A DNA stretch of 64,000 nucleotides. It comes from an uncultured Methanosarcinaceae archaeon (GTDB taxonomy: Archaea > Halobacteriota > Methanosarcinia > Methanosarcinales > Methanosarcinaceae). Each line of letters opens with the position of its first letter. The stretch's first letter is position 1. The DNA lies in the NCBI GenBank assembly GCA_963727895.1, contig CAVSHT010000008.1:227580-291579 (forward strand). The letters run 5' to 3'. Made by a program: the position numbers and the translations under genes. The notes beneath the pieces are model-generated. The model was not told the origin of the DNA. It saw only the letters and a program-made list of their open reading frames with translations, and did no database searches. Shown here in pieces: positions 48,319-59,586 of the stretch.

Positions 48319-48741
48319 ATATTTCTTATCTCCTGTAAAAAGCCTACTCATTTTACTTAATAAAACTTAGTTTTTCTCAGGAAAAAAGAAGAATTTTTTA
48401 CTCTGAAAACCTGGCATCCAGCAAAAGAAAAAGAATTTCGATCACTGGAAAAGAATGGAGCAAAAATCTGAAATATACCTGAAAAAGAAATATTTTTAGT
48501 TAATTTTAAAGCCTGACAATGAGAAGATATTTATTAGAAGAAATAGAGAACTAGGAAGTCCTTCAGTATTACCTGATCAAAAAGCACTGTCAACAAATTG
48601 GCAATAAAATATAACTGTAATGAAAAATTGAAAGGTTTTGAGGACTAAAAAATTCATTACCTTTTCTTATCTCATCTTAGATCACCATATTAAAATTAGA
48701 GTTAAACCTAAAATTATCTTTTTAAAACTAGGAGAACAAAA

Positions 48742-50043
48742 ATGAAAATTTTGCTTATCGGCGGAGGTGGAAGGGAACATGCAATCGCCGAAGGAATCAA
48801 AAAAAGCAAGCAGAATCCTTCTCTTTATGCATTAATGGCGAAAAAAAATCCAGGAATTGCCACTCTTTGTGAGGATTTTCTCCTTGAGAAGGAAACAGAA
48901 ACTGAAAAAGTAGTTGAATACGCAAAATTCAGAAACATCGAAATGGCTTTTATAGGACCTGAAGCCCCTCTTGCAGCAGGAGTTGCAGATGCGCTATGGG
49001 AAGCCGGAATTCCGGTAGTTGGACCTAAAAAAGCCTGTGCAATCATAGAATTCAACAAAGCCTGGGCAAGAAATTTCATGAAAAAATATGGAATTGAAGG
49101 CTGCCCTGAATATGAAGTTTTCACAGAAGAAAAACCTGCACATGCATTCATTGAAAAATTGGGTGATGTAGCGATCAAGCCTTCAGGTCTTACAGGAGGT
49201 AAAGGCGTAAAAGTTATGGGAGACCAGCTACCTGACCTTGAAGCTGCCAAAGCTTACACAAGTGAACTCCTGGAAAAGGGATCTGTGGTTATTGAAGAAC
49301 GCTTTATAGGTGAAGAATTTACACTTCAGGCTTTTGTAGACGGAAAAAACCTTGCCTTCTTCCCTGCTGTACAGGATCATAAAAGAGCTTATGAAGGAGA
49401 TCTTGGACCCAATACAGGTGGCATGGGTTCATACACTGATTCAAAAGAAATTTTGCCTTTTATGTTCCCTGAAGATATAGATACAACAAAGAAGATTATG
49501 CAGAACACCGTAAAGGCACTTTCTGAAGAAACAGGGATAGAGTATCAAGGGATTCTCTATGGACAGTTTATCCTTACATCTAGCGGTCCTAAAGTAGTTG
49601 AATTCAATGCTAGATTTGGCGACCCCGAAGCCGTGAACGTGATTCCACTTCTTGAAACAGACTTTGTGGAAATCATGTCTGCAGTAGTAAAAGGAACACT
49701 TGGAAACTTACCTGTAAACTTTAAAAATAAGGCAACTGTGTGTAAATATGCAGTTCCTGCGGGTTACCCTGAAAAACCTGAAAAAGACAGTGAAGTAACT
49801 GTAGGAGATATAGGGGAAGCTTCCATTTATTACGCAAGCGTCTACGAGAAAGAAGGAAAAGTTTACACAACCAGTTCACGTGCAATTGCAGTTGTTGGAA
49901 TTGCAGAAAATATAAACGCAGCCGAAAAAATTGCTCAGAACGCCCTTGAAAATATCCAGGGTAAACTGTTTTTCCGGAAAGACATTGGAACTGCCGCTCT
50001 CATTCAGAAGAGAATTGACCATATGAAAGAACTTCGAAGCTAA
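48742..50043 (+). CDS. purD: Phosphoribosylamine-glycine ligase
   Basis: [44 protein letters not shown]. Confidence 0.97.
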   Translation: MKILLIGGGGREHAIAEGIKKSKQNPSLYALMAKKNPGIATLCEDFLLEKETETEKVVEYAKFRNIEMAFIGPEAPLAAGVADALWEAGIPVVGPKKACAIIEFNKAWARNFMKKYGIEGCPEYEVFTEEKPAHAFIEKLGDVAIKPSGLTGGKGVKVMGDQLPDLEAAKAYTSELLEKGSVVIEERFIGEEFTLQAFVDGKNLAFFPAVQDHKRAYEGDLGPNTGGMGSYTDSKEILPFMFPEDIDTTKKIMQNTVKALSEETGIEYQGILYGQFILTSSGPKVVEFNARFGDPEAVNVIPLLETDFVEIMSAVVKGTLGNLPVNFKNKATVCKYAVPAGYPEKPEKDSEVTVGDIGEASIYYASVYEKEGKVYTTSSRAIAVVGIAENINAAEKIAQNALENIQGKLFFRKDIGTAALIQKRIDHMKELRS

Positions 50044-50212
50044 ATGACTAAAACAAAGCCAACAGCCTGATGTTCTGCAAAAATACAGCGTGAAAATAAG
50101 TACTATGCAGTAATATAAAGTTTAAGACAGCCAGAATAAGATAAACTTAGTTAGAATAGATTAAATTGGCTAGAACGGAGTGAATAAAGAGAGTAAAATC
50201 GGGGTTGAAGCG

Positions 50213-51121
50213 ATGAAGAAGGATATACTTTCAATAACTGACCTGTCCAAAGAGGAGATCTACGAACTCCTGGAATTGGCAACTGACCTGAAAGAAAAAC
50301 GTAAAGCAGGAGAACCTACAGAATTTCTGAAGAATAAAAGCCTGGGAATGATTTTTGAGAAATCTTCCACAAGGACAAGGGTATCCTTTGAGGTTGCAAT
50401 GACTGATTTTGGAGGACACGCTCTTTACCTGAATTCAAGAGATATCCAGATCGGAAGAGGAGAGACTATTGAAGACACTGCCAGAACTCTCTCAGGCTAC
50501 CTTCATGGAATAATGGCCAGAGTTATGAGTCACGAAACCGTAGAGAAATTGGCTAAATACTCAACTATACCTGTGATAAACGCACTTTCGGATAGAGAGC
50601 ACCCCTGTCAGATCCTTGGTGATTTTCTGACTATACTGGAGTACAAGCACAAGTTCGAAGGCTTGAAGTTCGCCTGGGTAGGAGATGGAAACAACGTATG
50701 CAATTCAGCCTTGCTAGGTTCAGCTATCATGGGAATGGAATTTGTCATTGCCTGCCCGAAAGGATATGAGCCTGAAGATGAGTTTATTGAAAAAGCAAAA
50801 GCTCTTGGAGGAAAGTTCACAATTACGGATGATCCGAAAATTGCTGCAAAAGGTGCGGATGTTATTTATACGGATGTCTGGGTCTCTATGGGCGATGAAG
50901 CCGAACAGGAGAAACGCCTGAAGGACTTTGCTGCTTTCCAGGTAAATTCCGAACTCCTTGAAGCTGCAAAACCAGACGTAATAGTTATGCACTGTCTGCC
51001 AGCCCGTCGAGGCCTTGAGATTACGGATGAAGTTATGGACGGTAAAAATTCCGTAATATTTGATGAGGCTGAAAACCGCCTGCATGCACAAAAAGCTCTT
51101 ATCCTGAAATTGATGAGATGA
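50213..51121 (+). CDS. argF: Ornithine carbamoyltransferase
   Basis: [38 protein letters not shown]. Confidence 0.97.
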   Translation: MKKDILSITDLSKEEIYELLELATDLKEKRKAGEPTEFLKNKSLGMIFEKSSTRTRVSFEVAMTDFGGHALYLNSRDIQIGRGETIEDTARTLSGYLHGIMARVMSHETVEKLAKYSTIPVINALSDREHPCQILGDFLTILEYKHKFEGLKFAWVGDGNNVCNSALLGSAIMGMEFVIACPKGYEPEDEFIEKAKALGGKFTITDDPKIAAKGADVIYTDVWVSMGDEAEQEKRLKDFAAFQVNSELLEAAKPDVIVMHCLPARRGLEITDEVMDGKNSVIFDEAENRLHAQKALILKLMR

Positions 51122-51348
51122 AAATTTCATCAATTCCAATCTATTTTAATACCTTAGGAATAATTATTGATTTTTGGTTTATGTGGTTTTAGGCATCAGT
51201 TAAAAAGTTAAAACTCTCTTAAACTCGGTTTCAAAAAAGAAAATTATTAAATGAGTTTTTGTGAATTTCGTCCACCGAACAGGCTTTCAAGGAAAAAGTA
51301 TAAGAACAAAGAACGCTAGTATTGCTCCTGTAACATAAGCTACATCGT

Positions 51349-51433
51349 GCGAGAGTTGCCCAGCCAGGTCAAAGGCGATAGGTTCAGAGCCTATTCTCGT
51401 AGGAGTTCGTGCGTTCGAATCGCACCTCTCGCA
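51349..51433 (+). tRNA. tRNA-Leu(CAG)
   Basis: Acceptor stem GCGAGAG/CTCTCGC; anticodon arm ATAGG-TTCAGAG-CCTAT; long variable arm; T-loop TTCGAAT; no encoded CCA. Confidence 0.95.
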
Positions 51434-51503
51434 CTAAATTTTTAATTAACTCTTATTTTCACTTAAATTATCTAATTCTATTTCATGAGTCTTTGGTTAA
51501 GTG

Positions 51504-51521
51504 GGTTCTGTTGCAAAAAAT
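51504..51521. mobile_element. Orphan IS6-type inverted repeat
   Basis: GGTTCTGTTGCAAAAAAT, one mismatch to the IS6 IR. Confidence 0.65.
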
Positions 51522-51573
51522 CATAATATAGAAGTAAAAATTTAGTTTCACAGCAAATAACATAAAAAACAGA

Positions 51574-52313
51574 GGCATTGATACTTAAACATAGTTATAT
51601 GCTATTAGAAAGTATATTTCTTCATTAACTGCCCCAGATGCAATAGTTCCAGTCACAAAAAGAATGGTATAGTTGGTGGTCGTCAACGGTACAAATGCCA
51701 TGATTGTGGATATAACTATACAGTAGAGCTAAAATCAACTGCTTTTTCCGCTTCTGTAAAAAGACAGGCTTTACAACTTTACCTTGAAGGATTGGGCTTT
51801 CGCTCAATAGGAAGAGTTTTAGGGGTGAGTCATGTTTCTGTCCAAAAATGGATCACGAAATTTGGTCAGGAGTTAGAGGACCTAAAAAGTGAAAATGAGA
51901 TATCTATTGTTGAAATGGATGAAATGAACACTTACATTGGTAACAAAAAAAATATTGCTGGATCTGGATTGCTGTTGATAGAGTTGGGAAAAAGTTCATC
52001 AACTGCTCTTTTGGTAGCAGAAAAACAGAAACTGGAAAACTACTCTGGGAAAAATTGAAGAAAAAAGACATTGGAGAAGTGATGACCGATCACTGGAGAG
52101 CATATGCAGAGTTTCGTCCTTAAACGATTCATACTCAATCAAAAGCAGAAACATTTACAGTTGAGGGATATAACAGCATATTAAGGTATTTTCTGGCAAG
52201 GTTGAGAAGAAAGACAAAGTGTTATACAAAAAGTCTTGAAATGCTAAAGTACTCGGTTATTCTATTGATGAAATACAGAAATAAAGAACTAGATATAATT
52301 AAGTAACAATGCC
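51574..52313 (+). mobile_element. IS1-family element, copy 6 (start ATG>ATT, premature stop)
   Basis: IRs GGCATTG...CAATGCC; insA/insB homology. Confidence 0.92.
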
Positions 52314-52409
52314 AAATTTTGAAATGATTAAATATGCTCAACCTGAACCAGACGCTGTTAAACTATATCGTAAAATAGTATGGGTAAAATGACTGTCGAT
52401 AGTCTGCTA

Positions 52410-54021
52410 TCATCTCATGACGGGAACTTGATCCAACCATACGTGCCCGAAAGTATTACCAACGGCTGGTTGGGTTCCCGCAGCAGCACTTACGGTCCAC
52501 CCGACATGAGGCTCTTGAGAGCTTGTAGGTAAGGGATTGTCTGAATCAATAACGAATGTCCAAGTTTTTCTTGGGTTTCCCTGAGTTTCCCTGATTACCT
52601 TCGATCCAAATACACTCCCACTCCGCAGCTTCGGTGGACTTGCCTGCCCCCAAAAGTGTGGGTCCCCGGCGAGTAACATGGAAGTCGTCCAAGGTCAATG
52701 CATTGAGTGATTGGATAGATTGTTGGTTGACACTCTGTACCGCGAGATTTTTGATCATTGTTAGCGCCCGATCCTTAGCATCGCGGAATTTCTGCCGGAC
52801 CTTGTCATTTAGCTTAAAGCTCGAAAGATTGGCGTAAGCATCAATTCCAGCTCCTGGATCGTTCTCCCGAAGATCGTGATCTTGTGGAGTGTTCTGCCGG
52901 ATAATGGTGTAATTCGCTGTCGCCCATTGCAGATGCACCGTGTTGTTCGGTCGGCGCCAGATTGTGATTTGGGAATTTCCGAGTGCTGATGCTGTTACAG
53001 TCCAGATTTGTCCCAAGTACCTGAGTTGGCTGTTTGGATCAGGTCGGTGCCCAGCATGCTGTATGGCGTGACTGTCAATGCCTGATACGGTGTAATGTCT
53101 TGGCGTTTGCACCTCACCTCTTTTTCCCACATGTTGCAACGCCTTCTCTCCCATTATATCCGCTTCATGCTCCAGCCCCTCATCATCATTGATCGGGATC
53201 CTGTCCTTCAACTGCATAGTCGGCTTTACCCTACCCTGAGCCTGCTGAACCACATACCACGCCTCATGCGGCAAATGCCCCTCCTGCCCCGGAGATACGT
53301 GAATATTTGTTCCTTGAGTATATGCCAGCGCCCCTACCTCAGCAGGCTTTGATGAATTATAATGCACCCTCACATCATTCATATCAATTCTAGACAAACT
53401 CTCCACGCCAGCCTTGAGGTTATCAGGCATCCCTGTATTATTTTCCCTCTTTGTTTGAAGAGGGTCTTCTTCAGGGATTTCTTGACGTTGGATGGTTCCT
53501 ATCATTTTTCCTTGAAGTGGTTCCTCTTCCTCTGGGATTTCCTGCCTTTGCACTAGAGGAACTGCAAAACACGAAGGGCAGGCAATTTCAGGCTTATCTT
53601 CAAATTTGCCTTGTAACGGTTCTTCTTCCTCAGAAATTTCCTGACGCTGGATAGTTCCTATCATTTTACCTTGAAGAGTCTCCTCTTCTTCTGGAATCTC
53701 CTGCCTTTGGACAGTTTCAATCATCTTTCCTTGCAGAGGCTCTTCTTCCTCCGAAATTTCCTGCCGCTGAACTGTTGCCTGCTGAGCTATGGAAGAGTTT
53801 ACAATACCTGATAACAACTGTGCAACAGCCCGGTTTCCAATGGTTCTTTGTAGCCGCATTACATCAGCATGGGTGAGGGATTTCGGGTTGATTTTGGCAC
53901 GCTGGATGATGGAATAAGGATTAGATAAGGGTGTCTGGATAACGGGGGTCGCTTGCTTTTGAAAAATATTATTCGTTTTTTTGGATTGCTGGATTTGCTG
54001 GTGCTCGGGCATGGGGGACAT
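52410..54021 (-). pseudogene. DUF4157 (eCIS core) protein with QRQE-acidic repeats and an Ntox47-like C-terminal toxin, frameshifted by a 10-bp duplication
   Basis: LQRTIGNRAV; NNTGMPDNLKAGVE...VRVHYNSSKP...AYTQG...LPHEAW...LEHEAD; tip FHVTRRG...GKS..AEW / VID...PHVGW...GHVWLDQVPVMR. Confidence 0.8.
53452..53770 (-). repeat. Five QRQEI(S/P)EEE(E)PLQ(G/T)K coding repeats (60-bp unit)
   Basis: Visible in the translation and in the DNA. Confidence 0.85.
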
Positions 54022-54389
54022 CCCTGTGAAAGTTGGATGACTGTGGAATACTTCAAAAAATTAATGAAATATGACTCCGTTACAGTATAAAAACATTCCA
54101 TTTCTGATAAAATTTTTTCGATTTAAAACCCCATTCTGGCTCTGAACACACTGCTGCCCTGAAGTCTTAATCCTTTTACCACCTGCTTCTACATGAGCAA
54201 CTTGCCTGCATTCAGGCTCTCTCCTGATTATTTTGTCAGAAAAATTTCATCTTCAGCTATTTCTGGAAAAAGCCTGATTTTTCAGCCATCTCGGAAAGGT
54301 CATTAAGAAGAACTATAATTCCTGATACACACAAAAAAAATGCCCATTAAATAAGGCACTGTTTGAATATGTCTCAATATCACTAACTA

Positions 54390-54460
54390 AGGTTCAGAGC
54401 CTGGTCTTGTAGGAGTTCGTGCGTTCGAATTGCACCTCTCGCACTAAACTTTTTTAATTA
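54390..54460 (+). repeat. Duplicated 3' two-thirds of tRNA-Leu (attR-like)
   Basis: AGGTTCAGAGCCT...GTTCGTGCGTTCGAAT.GCACCTCTCGCACTAAA matches 51380-51438 with about 4 mismatches. Confidence 0.9.
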
Positions 54461-54648
54461 CATCAAATAAAAACGATTTTGTCATTTATTGGCGGTTATT
54501 GGGAGATTATAAACCTTTTTATTAACACTTTTGTGATTTGGGATAAAAGTAATCCATATTTTACAGAGATTGAGTATGATTATCTTTATCCACATGAACC
54601 TCTGTTCAGATTTCGAAGAATCAGATCATATTATTGTAAAAAGTTAAT

Positions 54649-56136
54649 ATGAGAAAAGTTATATCCAAGCCTCACGTTTACGAAACCATGAAAAAAACAT
54701 TTTTCAATAAAATTCTTATTATTGGCTATGGTTCAGTTTCACAATGTACTCTACCCCTTTTACTGGATAAACTCGATGTTCCGCTAGAAAACATTACCTT
54801 AATTGATTTTGAAGACAAATCAAAAGCCCTGAAAAAATATACTAATCAGGGATTAAGATTTGTCTGTGAAAAAATTACTCCAAAAAATTTGAATCAAGTT
54901 TTATCACAATACATGGAAAATGAAGGCTTGATCATTGATCTTTCATGGAATATCGATGCCAATGACATCATTAAATGGTGCCATGATCACAATGTATTGT
55001 ATGTTAACACTTCAGTTGAAGAATGGAATCCTACTGAAGAATTTATGACTAGAAGTCTATTAGAAAAATCGCTTTATTTACGGCAAATGAAATTGCTTGA
55101 ACTTTCCCGTGATTGGAAAGATTCCCCTACTGCTGTTGTTGATCATGGCGCAAATCCTGGCTTGATAACTCATTTTGTAAAGCAAGGTTTGCTAGATATT
55201 GCCGCCCGCACCTGTGCTGATAATAAAGTATCTCCCGAAGATGAAGAAGAAATTTATCTCCTTGCAAAAAATAGAGATTTTGCTCGTCTGGCTAAGAAAT
55301 TAGGAGTCAAAGTGATCCATTGTAGCGAGAGAGATACTCAGGTCGCAAACAGGGCAAAGGAAGTTAATGAATTTGTAGGAACATGGAGCATTGAAGGATT
55401 AAGGGAAGAAGGAACGGCTCCTGTTGAAATAGCCTGGGGAACGCATGAAAGCAAATTGCCATCTATGGCATATATACCTCCATACGGACCGAAAAATGTG
55501 ATTCTCGTGCCCCAGATGGGCATTAATAAATGGATCAGATCGTGGATACCTGATGAAGAAATTGTAGGTATGGCGATTCGTCATGGTGAATCATATGGAC
55601 TTTCAAAACTGTTAACTGTATGGGAAGAGGAAAAAGCAATCTATCGACCTACAGTACATTATGCTTATATGCCCTGTCATGATACGCTTTCTTCTCTTTG
55701 CGAAATGAGAGGAAGGAATTATGAGCTTCAACCCAAACTCAGGATTATGACAAATGAAATAACTTCTGGCGAGGACATTATGGGAGCACTCTTGATGGGT
55801 CATTCTTATAATTCCTGGTGGACTGGAAGCGCATTGAGCATTGAAGAGACCAGATCCCTTGCTCCCGGACAGAATGCCACCACACTTCAGGTAGCTGCGG
55901 GAATTGTTGCCGCTATACTCTGGATGCTTGAAAACCCGCGAGAAGGTATCAAAACACCTGAGGACTTGCCTCATGATTTTGTCCTGGATATTGCCAAACC
56001 ATATCTTGGTAAATTTATTTCCACACCTTCAGACTGGACACCACTTAAAAATCGTAAAATCTTTTTCAAAGAAAATACATCCATAAAATCCAGTCCTGAT
56101 CCATGGCAATTTGAAAATTTCCTTTTCATAGGTTAA
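54649..56136 (+). CDS. hss: Homospermidine synthase
   Basis: ILIIGYGSV, YVNTSVEEW, DHGANPGL, IHCSERDTQ, TWSIEG, RPTVHYAY, QNATTLQV, WQFENF. Confidence 0.9.
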   Translation: MRKVISKPHVYETMKKTFFNKILIIGYGSVSQCTLPLLLDKLDVPLENITLIDFEDKSKALKKYTNQGLRFVCEKITPKNLNQVLSQYMENEGLIIDLSWNIDANDIIKWCHDHNVLYVNTSVEEWNPTEEFMTRSLLEKSLYLRQMKLLELSRDWKDSPTAVVDHGANPGLITHFVKQGLLDIAARTCADNKVSPEDEEEIYLLAKNRDFARLAKKLGVKVIHCSERDTQVANRAKEVNEFVGTWSIEGLREEGTAPVEIAWGTHESKLPSMAYIPPYGPKNVILVPQMGINKWIRSWIPDEEIVGMAIRHGESYGLSKLLTVWEEEKAIYRPTVHYAYMPCHDTLSSLCEMRGRNYELQPKLRIMTNEITSGEDIMGALLMGHSYNSWWTGSALSIEETRSLAPGQNATTLQVAAGIVAAILWMLENPREGIKTPEDLPHDFVLDIAKPYLGKFISTPSDWTPLKNRKIFFKENTSIKSSPDPWQFENFLFIG

Positions 56137-56343
56137 TCCTGAGTAAACTACCCTCTAAGACAGGCTGATATAAGTCAAGGAAGGTATCTTTGTGTCTCTG
56201 CATTAAATAAGGAAGCGGGAACAAAAATCATAATAGAAAGAGAAATAAAGGAACGCTAGAAAAATTTCAGTCAAAATCTTTTGAATTATAACTAGCGTTT
56301 CCATTGAGTTTTAAACTGTTGTTTTATTTATTATTATCGAGTT

Positions 56344-57083
56344 GGCTTTGATAATTAACTATAGTTATATACTATTAGAAAGTATATTTCTTCATGAACT
56401 GCCCCAGATGCAATAGTTCCAGTCACAAAAAGAACGGTATAGTTGGTGGGCGTCAACGGTACAAATGCCATGATTGTGGATATAACTATACAGTAGAGCT
56501 AAAATCAACTGCTTTTTCCGCCTCTGTTAAAAGACAGGCTTTACAACTTTACCTTGAAAGATTGGGCTTTCGCTCAATAGGAAGAGTTTTAGGGGTGAGT
56601 CATGTTTCTGTCCAAAGATGGATCAAGAAATTTGGTCAGGAGTTAGAGGACCTAAAAAGTGAAAATGAGATATCTATTGTTGAAATGGATGAAATGCACA
56701 CTTACATCGGTAACAAACAAAATATTTCTGGATCTGGATTGCTGTTGATAGAGTTGGGAAAAAGTTCATCAACTGCTCTTTTGGTAGCAGAGGAACGGAA
56801 ACTGGAAAACTACTCTGGGAAAAAGTGAAGAAAAAAGAGATTGGAGAAGTGATGACAGATCACTGGAGGGCATATGCAGAGTTTCTTCCTGAAAAGAGTC
56901 ATACTCAATCAAAAGCAGAAACATTTACAGTTGAGGGATATAACAGCATATTGAGGCATTTCCTGGCAAGATTGAGAAGAAAGACAAAGTGTTATACGAA
57001 GAGTCTTGAAATGCTAAAGTACTCGGTTATTCTATTGATGAAATACAGAAATAAAGAACTAGATATAGTTAAGTAACAGTACC
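56344..57083 (+). mobile_element. IS1-family element, copy 7; 8-bp TSD ATCGAGTT
   Basis: TSD at 56336-56343 and 57084-57091; intact insA (56394-56828) and insB frames; slippery run changed to AAACAAAA. Confidence 0.95.
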
Positions 57084-57091
57084 ATCGAGTT

Positions 57092-57858
57092 TTATGATAA
57101 ATTCCCAAATAATATACACCGCATGGAAATAGTTGCATAAACTATTTCTTCACAAAAAAAAGCTGATACTTTCATTTTTGTTTGTTGAGCCAAGAGAATA
57201 GATTAAAGGAATATAATGTTCAGCGGAGTTAACAGATAGCAATGCGTCTTCTCCAATTAACTTATAATTTACTAGTTTTAGATCATCACGGATTGTGACA
57301 AACTTTTTCATCAAAACTTATTGCCCATTTATAAGGACTTCCGGACATATTTGCCATCATAAGATTATGCACAACATTGCCAGTGCAGAAAATAAGAATT
57401 CCTTCTTCTGTTAATTCAGAAAGTTTCGTTCCCAGTTCATAATGTTGCTGCATACTAAGATTTCGATTTATACTCAGTTCAACTAAAGGAATCTCAGCAT
57501 TTGGATACATTTTAGAAAGTACACACCATACTCCATGATCAATGCCCCACTTAGAGTCGATATTAACATCTTCAATTAGGTCTTTTATTTTAATAACAAG
57601 TTCCTGTGAATCGGAACAATCATATTTATGCTCATATAATTGTTGAGTAAACCCATAAAAATCGTGAATCGTTTTGAGTATCTTGTTTGAAGTAACGCTA
57701 GTATCCTCTCTTTCAGAATGTGCAGATATGACCAGTATTGCTTTAGGTTTTGGAATTTTTTTGGAAATATTTTCCCAATTTTTTGTAAACGCATTATTTT
57801 CTATAGCATTCATTGGTGAACCATGACCTGAAAATAGTACAGGCATAATTTTTTCCAT
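57092..57858 (-). pseudogene. 4,5-DOPA extradiol dioxygenase (YgiD/LigB-like), frameshifted in the 3' part
   Basis: MPVLFSGHGSPMNA, VISAH, TIHDFYGF, WGIDHGVW, GNVVHNL; EHYIP and ISMR lie in shifted frames. Confidence 0.82.
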
Positions 57859-58050
57859 GAATTTAACTCCGGTATAATTATCTATTAACTGTGAAAGGCT
57901 AAAGCATTTGAGGTAAAAACTCAAGGGAAAGTGTTTCAGTTCTAATATATTTTTTTGAAAATTTATGTTGTGACACTCATGCAATTGATAACTCCATAAA
58001 AGTGTCACTTACCAAGTAAATATTATGGTAACAAAAATCAAACAAAATTC

Positions 58051-59226
58051 TTACAGAAATCTTAAAGGATTGAATAGATTAACAAATTCGTTTTCTTGAC
58101 CATTAATGAGATCAGTAATTAACATAGCGGCAGTGGTACCGTTTGCCACCCCCCAAAATCCAAATCCAGTTGCTACATAAATGTCTTTTTGAGATGTCAT
58201 ACCTATAAAAGGCAGACCATCATCAGTAGCGCAATCTTTATTGGACCACCGATACTCAATAGACTGAACATTAAGGTGCTGACGTGCATAGTTTTCAAGC
58301 CTACCATAGTAAACATTTTTGTCAGCTACATCAACAGGACTGTGTTCTCCAGCAACAATGATCAGTTTACCTTTGTTTGTAGGGGTAGTCCTGTAGGTAT
58401 GCACAGGATTGAAGTCTATAAACATCCCTTCAGGGAAATTTTCCTTAGCATATAATGCTAACACATAGGACCTTGCTAAATGCAAATGTTTGTAAAGTTT
58501 ATCAGGATCATATACTGGTGTATGTGTTGCAACTACTACTCGATCAGCCAATATTGAACCATGATCTGTTACTACTTCTTTGATTTCGCCATCTTTGACA
58601 GTTATGGCAGAAATATTCTCAAAGATATAACTTCCTTTGTCAATTATATGTTCTGAAAGGGACAGGAGATACTTACGTGGATGAAATTGGGCCTGATTCT
58701 CATATTTGACAGCGGGACCAGTTTTAAAAGGTAAAGGCACTTCTTCGGTGTAAGAAACTGGAAGTCCTAAATGTTTTGCAGCTTCAAATTCACCTTTGAT
58801 CTCATCAATTCCCTCATCAGATTCTGTGTAAATGTAAAGAGGAAGGTGTTGAAACTCACAGTCACTGTTCCAATCTCTTATAATATCAGCTATCTTCTCA
58901 ACTACCTTAATATTGGCATTAGCAAAATCCTGGGCTTTTGAAATACCTAATTTTGAAATAAGATTCTTGTAGATCATATTGGGTGCCACACTGATCTTAG
59001 CTGTGGTTCCAACTGTCACTCCTTTTACGATTCGATCTGCTTCTATTAATGCTACTGTACGCCCAGTTTCCACTAACAATGCAGCAGAGGTTATACCTGC
59101 AATGCCTCCCCCCAAAATCACCACGTCGACTTTCAACACTTGGTCAAGTTTAGGGAAATTTGTAGCAGGAGTTGTATCTAGCCAGAATGAAACTTCTTTT
59201 CCAGTGATTTTTTGCTCATTTTCCAT
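58051..59226 (-). CDS. FAD-dependent oxidoreductase (DadA/PuuB/YhfW-like, no Rieske domain)
   Basis: SFWLDT, DVVILGGGIAG, QAQFHPRKY, TDDGLPFIG, ATGFGFWG, FNPLRF. Confidence 0.85.
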   Translation of the reverse strand: MENEQKITGKEVSFWLDTTPATNFPKLDQVLKVDVVILGGGIAGITSAALLVETGRTVALIEADRIVKGVTVGTTAKISVAPNMIYKNLISKLGISKAQDFANANIKVVEKIADIIRDWNSDCEFQHLPLYIYTESDEGIDEIKGEFEAAKHLGLPVSYTEEVPLPFKTGPAVKYENQAQFHPRKYLLSLSEHIIDKGSYIFENISAITVKDGEIKEVVTDHGSILADRVVVATHTPVYDPDKLYKHLHLARSYVLALYAKENFPEGMFIDFNPVHTYRTTPTNKGKLIIVAGEHSPVDVADKNVYYGRLENYARQHLNVQSIEYRWSNKDCATDDGLPFIGMTSQKDIYVATGFGFWGVANGTTAAMLITDLINGQENEFVNLFNPLRFL

Positions 59227-59520
59227 TATCTAACCTCAGTGAGTAATTATCTCTTATTGGATGAAAAACTCGGTAGAAAGACCCACTTAAATTGCTTTAT
59301 AGCTCTTACAATTATATAAGATGAAACAAATAAAAAAGTATTTAAAATCTAATTGTTGTAACTTAAATTTTAGATATATATGGAATTTCAATCAAAGTTA
59401 CGATGATGAATCCTGTTACCAGCAACGGGATATGTTTTTACCATCGCTCTAAAAAAGTGTAATGATTTTTTTGAAAATTTATTTTAGGACCTTTATTATT
59501 GTCGACATTGCAAGATAGCA

Positions 59521-59567
59521 TTTATATACTGATAATTAGGTACCTAAATATATTAGATACCTAAATA
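59521..59567 (+). promoter_or_regulatory. TATA box followed by two palindromic operator sites (probable MarR operators)
   Basis: TTTATATA at 59521-59528; TTAGGTACCTAA at 59536-59547; TTAGATACCTAA at 59553-59564. Confidence 0.6.
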
Positions 59568-59586
59568 ACCTTGTAAAGGTAGTCAA

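Noticed and set aside
54390..54443. Second tRNA-Leu gene
   Set aside because: It lacks the 5' acceptor strand and D-arm and has stem mismatches; it is an att-like duplicate.
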